64,000 nucleotides of DNA from a virus: the IMG/VR virus record IMGVR_UViG_3300045988_087221; one strand, 5' to 3'. The notes beneath the pieces were generated by a model. The model had not been told where the DNA came from and searched no databases. It saw nothing but the letters and a program-made list of their open reading frames with translations. Shown piece by piece: positions 55,584-64,000 of the stretch; within the stretch, counting starts at the first letter, position 1; each line of letters begins with the position of its first letter. A program made the position numbers and the translations under genes.

Positions 55584-57729
55584 GACTAACGAAACCATTT
55601 CTGAACTTGTATATGATAAAACTAAGCTATAGAAAGCTTATAATTATTATAATGGAAAAAGAGACAAGGAATAGTTTCGTTATCTAGAAGAAAACTTTGG
55701 TATAGGAAGTCCTACTTCTGTTGAATTTACACCTTTACTAAGAAAGCATGTAGATGCTTTAGTTGGTGAATTTCTAGGAACTCCTATATTACCAAAAATA
55801 TCCTGTAAAGATGCAGGGACTATCAGTAATATGGATAGAGAAAAATAGCTATTAATATAGACACAAATAATAGGATTTTTAAAAACACACTTAAATAATT
55901 CTTTACTTAAATTTGCTAATAACTAGGATATTACTGATAAATCTATTAAATAGTAGTTAGATAAAATAATTGAAGAGTAGGATTAGCAATTTGTTTCTCA
56001 ATATGAGATTGCTGCTTAGAATATTCTTCAATACATTATGTAGTCTGAAGAAATTGATTTTGTAACTAAACTTAGACAATTATTTATAGATTTATTAGTT
56101 ACAGGTTATTGTTTTTACAGAGTAAAACCATCATTTAGTAAAACTAACATTGAGATAGAGGTATTAAATCCTTTAAATACCTTTGTAGACAGAAATCCTG
56201 AATCTCCTTATGTTAAGAAGTCTTATAGGTCAGTTGTGAGACAATGGCTTTCTAAAAGTTAGATATTAGCTAAATATGGAAATGAATTAAGTAAAGAAGA
56301 CTTACGTAATTTTAAATAGAATTGGACAGATGATGATACAGCTAGATATAGAAGAGCATATGGTCCAGTTGTAGATATAGATGAAGCTAGTGACGATGAC
56401 GAAGAACAGGATTTACTTCCTGGTTATCCTGAAGATGATTCTCATAGATATAATCTGATTCCAGTATATGAAGTAGAATGGATAGAAACTGATGATAAAT
56501 TTATTATGTAGAGATATAATACAATTAGAATCGGTGATGAATATTATATTCTTAGAGGAATTGATAAATAGGTAATCAGAAGTCATGATAATCCTAATTA
56601 TTGTGGATTATCAGTAAATGGTGTTTATTTTTTAAATAGAGCTCGTTAGCCTTATAGTTTAATCTTAAAATGTGCTCATTTGTAGGATCGTTATGATCTT
56701 TTACATTACTATAGAGATGCTATTGTAGCAAATAGTGGAGTTAAGGGTAGCATTATTGATATTTCTATGATTCCTAAAGTGTTAGGACCCGATTTTGGAG
56801 CTAGAGTAAAGAAATGGAGAGCTTATAAGAAACAAGGAGAGATGTTAATTGATTCTTCTCAAGAGGGAAGAATGGAAGATGGATAGGCTCCTTTAAATAC
56901 TATATTTAATGGCTATGATGAATCTTTACCAGCATAGGTAATACAAGCAATTGATTTAGCTATACAATCTATTGAATCTACTGTATCATCTATTACAGGT
57001 GTATTTAGAGAAAGACTTAATGGTATTGAACAGAGAGACGCCGTAACTAATGTTAAATAGGGAGTAACTAATTCTTATACTGTGACTAAACCTATTTATT
57101 AGCAAATGGATTTAGTTGTAAGAGAAGTCTTACTTGATAGTCTTAATTAGGCTAAAATAGTTTATAAGAAAGGACTGACTGGTACTATTACTCTAGGAGA
57201 TAAATATTAGAAAATATTTACGGCACTTCCTGAATACTTTACAGTTACAGACTATGATATACATGTAATATCTAGTACTGAAATTATGTAGGATATGTAG
57301 ACAATTAAATCTACATTACCTGATTTAATTAAGTCTGGATTAGTTAGTGCTGACATTATATTTGAAGCTCTTACTGCTAAGAGTTTAACTGAACTTAAAT
57401 ACACTGTTAAGAAAGCCATAGAAAAATAGAAAGCTGAAAATAATTAGTTATAGCAACTGTAGCAGAAGTTAGAGGAAACTAGTTAGTAGTTACAATAGGC
57501 ATAGCAAGAGTTACAGAAGGCTCAATAGAAAGCAGAATCTCTTAATGAACAAAGAATGTAGCTTGATTAGCAGAAGATTCAATTAGAATATCAAGTTAAT
57601 TGGTATAAAGCTCAAACAGATAGAACTTATAAAGATAGACAATTAGATATAGAGGATTAGAGAACTAAAGTTGAATTAGCTTAGTTAAATGATGGTAATC
57701 CTTATAATGACAAAATTAGACAATCGTAA
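55558..57729 (+). CDS. portal protein (probable), TAG-recoded
   Basis: 723-codon frame open only with TAG as sense. Position just after TerL. N-terminal Y.YYNGKRDKEQF.YLEENFG and a very Gln-rich coiled-coil C-terminus. Confidence 0.6.
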
Positions 57730-58619
57730 TGGCAATCAGTTGTGAAAAAGTATACTCTGGAACTGGTGATTAGATTTATCCAGAGACAGCAGATAAAGCA
57801 GTTACAGTTCTAGCTAAAAATACTACACTCGACCTATATTTAGCAGACCTTGCTAGATAGATTTCAGAAAAATAGGGAGCTGATGAAGTAGCTAAATCTT
57901 TAAAATTTAAAGTAGATTATTTAGCTACAAATACAGCAGATGTTGCTAAAGTGAAGGAGTTAGAAGATTAGCCTGAAACTAATTAGTGGGGTGAAAACTT
58001 TGTATTACCTTCTGTGAAGACTCCTTACACCTGGAAAAGAACCATTGTATATTTTGAAGGATAGAATCTTAAAGACGGTTAGAAATTTTATGAAATTGTA
58101 ACTGCTGATATTGCTGAGATTAGTTAGACTCTATATATGGTAAAAGATAATTCTTAGTAGCCTAAGGTAATATATCCATAGAAAGCGGTAGAAATAGATG
58201 GAGAACTATAGAATGTAGACGATACAGATGCTTCTATAGATGAAATAATTAAAGCCAGTGAAGCGGGTAAAAATAATTGGAGTAAATATCCATCAGAAAT
58301 AACTGCATCTAATCCATATGGATTTATGGCGGTACGATAGAGAGTGAGTGGTGCTTGGAGTTTATTTAAAGTTGCATTATATTCTAAGTGGGCTTATGAT
58401 AGTAGACTTGTTACTAAATTTACAGTAACTAGTACTTTTGAAAGACCTCAATTAATTAAAACTGCAATAAATCCAGGCAACTAGTGGACAGATACTAATG
58501 AATAGGAATTTACTGGCTATCTATGGATGATTTCTGCATCTTAGAACAATAATAATTATGTTTTAGACGACAATAAGAATATATGGAGTGAACCTCAATT
58601 AATTTCAATAGTTAAGTAA
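57729..58619 (+). CDS. hypothetical virion-module protein (296 aa), TAG-recoded
   Basis: TAATG overlap with the portal gene. Frame open only with TAG as sense. Confidence 0.55.
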
Positions 58620-59398
58620 TGGAATTTAAAATAGATATTTGTAATTCAGTACAAGGTGATTTAACTGTATTAGATTTATCTAAAGAGTACGGTCAATATT
58701 TATCTGAAGCAGAAGAAGTAGCCAGTACTTATGAAGATACATTATTATTTAAATACAGTAAGTCAGTAACTGTAAATGTATTAATGAAAATAGGAACTAC
58801 AGAAATAACATTCTTAGATGCATTAATACACGAACATAATTAGTTAGAAAATGGAGTATATAAAGATGATGCATGTACTTTCAACCTTAAGGAAGATGGT
58901 TTTTACACTATTGACCATTATGTATTTCCGAATATAGATTGGTATAATTGGTATAAAACTGAAGCTTCACAAGAATATAAAGATAAAATAAATAGAGTAT
59001 ATATAATAGATGAGGGAGTTATTAAGAAGGAAGTAGACGGGGTATTAAAAGAAACTACTCTTAGAGAAGTACTAGAAATGAATTTAGAAGGAACTCCTAT
59101 TTAGTAGGAACATATAAATACTTTCTTTACAGGAAATATGCAACAGTGTTATGTTAATTATTGTAAGAGATTATTTAATGCACTATTAAATAAATGTCGA
59201 ACTTCTGCGTATAATGAAGATTTATATGCGAGAGACTTCATTTGGATGACTCTTAATATAATAGATTATTTAATCTAGTTTGAACAATTTATGGAAGCTG
59301 AAAAAATAGTAGAAGAATTTAATACTTGTGGAGGCTTCTGTTAGAATAATGAATATGGATAGCATACAGCTCATGGATGTGGATGTTCTAAAGCGTAA
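58619..59398 (+). CDS. hypothetical protein (259 aa) with Cys-rich C-terminus, TAG-recoded
   Basis: Extends track ORF 58619-58843 through 6 in-frame TAG to TAA. Confidence 0.55.
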
Positions 59399-59603
59399 AG
59401 CAATAGAACTTTATAGAGATTTATTAAATAGAGCAAAGAAAGGTTATCAAGATGATTATTCATTATTGTTAAATATTATTTGTTTTATTAGTTTACCTAT
59501 AGATATAGATAACAAAGAATTTATTAAAGAGAACTTACTAAATTAGAATGATACACTCTATTTACAATTAGGTAGGGAAGGTAGGTTTAACACCATGTTC
59601 TAA
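59349..59603 (+). CDS. hypothetical protein (84 aa; 65 aa if the TAG at 59544 terminates)
   Basis: Same frame as track ORF 59328-59546. ATG at 59349. Confidence 0.4.
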
Positions 59604-60870
59604 AGAAAGACCTAAACAACTTATACCTCTTTTAAAGAGTAATTTTTTAGGAGAATTTCAAACAGAACTAGAAAAGAAATTGGCTAGAGAAAGTATAGGT
59701 GTAACAGTTACAGGTAAATATACATATAAACCTGACAGTGACCATATAACAAATACAGAATAGATTACATCTATATATGAAGCACTTGACTATGCTTTAA
59801 CTCTAGCTAAGTCTTATCAAGATAAAAAGATAGAAGAATAGATAGAAACTATTAAAGCTAATATAAATTAGTTAACTAGCACTGTTACTAATTAGGGATA
59901 GGAGTTATCTACTTTATAGGAATTAGTTAATACTATTAATACATAGGTAGGAATCTTAAATGGTCAATTAGCTAATTTAAATGTAGATGATAAAATAGAA
60001 GCATGGATTAGAGCCCATTCAGGTTCAGTAGCTCTAAATGAAGAATCTAAGTTAGATTTTGCTATATCTAAAGCTGAAGGTAATGCTATTAAATCTAATG
60101 AAGATGGTCTTTATGTTGAAAGCTCTTCTGCTGCAGTATATAAGTCAGAATTGTCTGATAATATTAAAATGAATACTTCTGTGGGAGGACTTAAATAGGG
60201 AACTAAGGTATCTGATTTAAAAGGCAAAGCATTCTCTACTATATTAGATAAACTATTATTTCCAGTATTAGTTAGAGAATTGGTTCAACCTTATGTAGTA
60301 TCTAATGTATCTAGTTAGTTAGTAGAAGTAGGTAGTCCAGTTATTCCAGCAAATACAACTTTTATCAAAGGAGATGCTGGAGATGTAACTTCTAAAACAG
60401 ATTCTATAACTCATAATGATTAGACTTACACAGAGTCTACATATACAGAGTTAGGAGACTACATTTATAAAGTAGTAATTAATTATTCTGCTGGAGAATA
60501 TTTGATTGATGATAGAGGATAGACTACTGATAAAAGAATTGAAGCAGGTTCCATAAATAAAACTGTGGCTACTGTTTCAGCAACATATCCTTGGTATTAT
60601 AATACTCATAAAGGTACCTTAGTTAAATATGGCACTCAATCTGATATAATGGAAATTAATTTATCTGGCAAAGCTGTTATTAAAATACCAGGTACTAACT
60701 CAACTTTAGATAGTCTAAAAGTAAATGGTGGTTTAGGATTCTTAGATGTTGATATGTCTGGATGGACTAAAACTACTGAACAGATAAATGATTATACATA
60801 TTAGGTATGGACTAAGAATGATTCTTATACTTCTGAACTACCTCATCAAATTCAATTTACATTAGCATGA
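59548..60870 (+). CDS. tail fibre-like protein (440 aa), TAG-recoded
   Basis: Track ORF 60565-60804 is in frame (offset 1017). N-terminal coiled coil and Ser/Thr/Asn-rich beta region. Ends in TGA. Confidence 0.55.
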
Positions 60871-61982
60871 AATATACAGGTGATTCGTTGTTAGGAGTTT
60901 CATTTTCAGTAAAAACTCCTAAACCATTAGATTGTAGAACTGTAGTAGATACTACTTAGGAATTATATACTATTCCTGCTGAAATAGCATACGAAGGTAT
61001 GTCAGTTTCTAATCTTGAAGATGGTTATATTTATATGTTAGTAGACAAAACTAATATAACTAATTCTGATGGATGGGTAGCTTCTTATAAGGCTCTTTAG
61101 TTAGTTAGTTGCACAGAAGCTGAGTATACAGAATGGAAGAAAAATACTACAGAACAAGGAACTGCAATAGATTCTGAAAAGCCTTATTTACATAATGATA
61201 CTTATTATTATATCTATGAGGATAGTATCGAAAATAAAGATACATATTATGTAAATCAAGAATAGTACCAACGTGTTTGGAACTTAGCATCCTCTAAAGC
61301 TGATAACACTAGTTTCTTAGCTTTACAAAAGAAAGTGGAAAGTAATAATACTAATATCACTACTAACTACTTAACTAAAAAAGATGCTACAAATACTTAT
61401 ATAAATAAATCATTTTTAGAGGGTACTACAGAAACTACTTTAAAAGAAGTAACAGATAAGTATCAAACTGCGGAAACATCTGATTCTAAATATTTAAAGC
61501 CCTCAAATTTTGGGGTAGATGATGTAAATACTTAGTTTTCGTTTTTAAATACTACAGCTTTCGAGGAATACAAGGCTACAGTTACAGAATAGTTAGACAC
61601 TAAAATAACTAAAAACTCCAGAGCTACCTTAGAAAGTTTAATGGTAAATACTATTTAGAATACTTCAGGTAATACTATGAGTATTAAAACTGATGGTATA
61701 TTCTATGGTGCAGAGAAATTAGCTAAAGTTTCAGAAGTGCCTAAGTGGATGTGTTTATCTCAAGAAGAATATAAATAGTTAGAGACAGATGGTACTTTAC
61801 AGGATGATACTTATTATTTAACATATGGCAAAAATACAGATGATTCTGGATTTGTAACTGCAGACTTATTAGAGAGATAGATAAAGTCTATTATGCAAGG
61901 TGTGACTAAACTACAAGATTCAGCAACTTTAGCAGATTGTATTTCTAAAGTAAATGAAATAATAGATAAATTCAAAGTTTAA
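60867..61982 (+). CDS. tail fibre/structural-like protein (371 aa), TAG-recoded
   Basis: ATGA overlap. Track ORF 61335-61535 is in frame (offset 468). Confidence 0.55.
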
Positions 61983-62039
61983 TAATATTCTTATATTGTT
62001 GTCTTTTCCTATTATTTATTAAACTAAAACTTATTTATT

Positions 62040-62648
62040 ATGTCAACAATTTGGAAAAATGGAAAATATTAGCCTTTAATTAGGTATGTCACTAATAAAG
62101 ATTTTAAACTATTATCTAACCTTGTAAATATTATAAATGGGGATTCCAATACTAAAGGTTCCTTTAGAAAAATTATAAAAGACTTAATTGGAGGAGCCCC
62201 TGAAGCTTATGATACATTGAAGGAGATTGCAGATAAACTCAAGAATAATGATGATTTATATACAGCTATTAGTAATACTATTGCTACTAAAGCTACTACA
62301 GTTGCCCTTAATGAAGAGATTACAAGAGCTAAAACAGCAGAAGCGTCTATTACATCAGATGTTACAGAAAAGCTTGCACAGAAAGCAGACACTACTGTAC
62401 TTAATGACTATGTTCTTACAACAGCACTTAATTAGCAGGTTGATATGTTAAAGGCTTCTATTGATGCAAAGCAGCCTAAGGGTAATTATCTTACAGAGCA
62501 TCAATCTCTTGAAGAATATGCTAAGAAAAGTGAGATTGCTAAATAGATTGCTGCTAAGGCTGACATTACAGCTCTTACAGCACTTGAAGCACGTATTGCA
62601 GCACTTGAAGCCAAGCATACTGAAACTAATACTTAGATAGAAGCTTAA
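62040..62648 (+). CDS. tail fibre-like coiled-coil protein (202 aa), TAG-recoded
   Basis: GAPEAYDTLKEIADKL motif common in phage fibre proteins, plus heptad repeats. 4 in-frame TAG. Confidence 0.55.
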
Positions 62649-62668
62649 TAAATTATATTAGATTTTAA

Positions 62669-62890
62669 ATGATATATAGAAATGGTAAGTTAGTTTCTGA
62701 AATTAATAAAAATCTTTCAGAATTAATTGATACAATTGAATAGGTAGCACAGAGAAGTATAGGAGCTGTATACAAGGGTTCCTAGTTAGTATTTTTAACT
62801 GTGCTAAATGCTATAAAGAGCTGTTATGGTAGTGGTTCTTGGCTTTCAGATAAAAATTGGTTAGATAATGATTATTGGAAAAATAAATAA
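62669..62890 (+). CDS. hypothetical protein (73 aa), TAG-recoded
   Basis: 2 in-frame TAG. Ends in TAA. Confidence 0.4.
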
Positions 62891-62895
62891 ATAAA

Positions 62896-64000
62896 ATGGC
62901 AATCTTTAAAGATTTAGAAAATAAAATTGAACTTGAGACACCTTGGAATGAAAAGACCGGTCAATAGGTAGAAGATTTAATCTCTCGCCATCTTGTTAAT
63001 TCTATGGATTTTGCTGATAGCACACTTACATTAAGAGATTATAATGGAGATGCAATTACTTCTACTAGAGTCACTGTAGAAACCCCATCTTATGATTAGG
63101 ATGTGTTAGTTGTTGCTGTTAGAATTAATGGTACTATTTATAAAACTGGGGAAGTAGTTATGTAGTGCAATTCTAAGAGCAAGGTAGAATTAGCAGTAGC
63201 TACAAGTCATACTTCTACTACCTAGTCTTTTGGTGTTTAGGATGCAGCAGGTGCCGTAAAAGTTAAGATACAATATGGAGTAAATAGTATGGAAACTACT
63301 GTCGCTCCTTATGCTTTAAAAGATTTTACATTAGATTCCTCTGGTACTAAAATTGAACATCTTAATAAAGCGGATAGTGAATTAAAATGGATTAATATCA
63401 CAGAATTATTTACAGATTCATAGGAGAGTACTATTACAGCAACACTTGTAGATTACCCTCAAAAGTCTAGTGTTCTTAATGTATCTATTAAAAGTCAAAA
63501 GATAAGTTTATCTTATACAGGTAATGTTATTTCTAATAATGCAGAATTTACTCTTAAAGGAGGTTCTCCTGCAGATTATCATCTTGAGGGTTATTTAAAT
63601 GCAAATCGTATTTATACTACTGATGGTAATTTATCTTATAATAAATTACAATCTGGTTTAAATATATTAACAGTTAGGGCAGTACATAAATCCTAGAATA
63701 TTGCAACAGATTATGTAAATGCATGTGTAATTAAATCAGAAGGATTTACAGGAGTTGCAGTAGCAGTAAATGGTATTACTGGTTCTATTAATAATCATGA
63801 TACAGTAAAATTATATACTATTACAGTTTATAGTCCTACTAAGGATTCTGTTACTATTAATACATATTTAAATTCTGATTCATCTTAGGATAGACAAAAC
63901 TTACTTGACACTATTATAGTTAATGCATAGAACTATGGTTCAGATAATAAATATGAAACTACTTATAAGAAATATATAGAAGTAAATAGTGATAATGCTA
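62896..64000 (+). CDS. structural (fibre/receptor-binding-like) protein, 5' partial in window, TAG-recoded
   Basis: Frame opens from the ATG at 62896 and runs to the window edge with TAG as the only stops. Confidence 0.5.

Noticed and set aside
50655-64000. Fragmented short ORFs could mean a decayed or pseudogenised structural region.
   Set aside because: All the breaks are TAG only. The fragments stay in single frames over kilobases, gene lengths are exact multiples of 3 and end in TAA or TGA, and a matching CUA tRNA is present. Recoding explains the pattern far better than decay.
45152-64000. Possible additional reassignment of TGA.
   Set aside because: TGA and TAA both close the recoded frames at sensible, overlap-coupled gene ends (for example 45152, 47293, 55364, 60868). 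Neither occurs inside those frames.

Overview
AT-rich (about 30% GC) fragment of a large tailed-phage genome. The host is probably Bacteroidota: the tmRNA tag is Bacteroidota-style, lipobox lipoproteins are present, and there is no general Shine-Dalgarno signal. The main result is a two-code genome. TAG is a sense codon in the late and lysis genes, and the window also carries a Gln-like amber-suppressor tRNA, a tmRNA and an unusually non-canonical tRNA set. Positions 1-43,228 hold about 75 tightly packed minus-strand genes that read normally in the standard code. These include a PurA-like enzyme, a vWA protein, a P-type Ca2+-ATPase, two TerD proteins, an acyl carrier protein, an AAA+ ATPase, a DUF2829/Tad2-like protein, a six-member MC(W/F)-N-terminus paralog family and a LytTR-like protein. 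This block is interrupted by RNA islands: a complete tmRNA, about 12 tRNA genes, a group I intron inside tRNA-Leu(UAA), several expanded tRNA-like RNAs, and a family of hairpins with a conserved loop and variable stems. Positions 43,229-43,512 form a divergent control region with two G-tracts. Plus-strand genes start at 43,513, and a canonical Gln-like amber-suppressor tRNA (anticodon CUA) sits at 43,959-44,030. Three gene sets are continuous only if TAG is read as an amino acid, most likely Gln (code-15-like). They are 50,665-64,000 on the plus strand (TerL, portal, fibre-like proteins), 45,152-48,432 on the minus strand, and an endolysin at 31,776-32,921 on the minus strand. All of them terminate with TAA or TGA. 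Many additional ORFs under 60 aa fill the remaining gaps and are not listed. All RNA structures were folded by eye, and no database search was possible.
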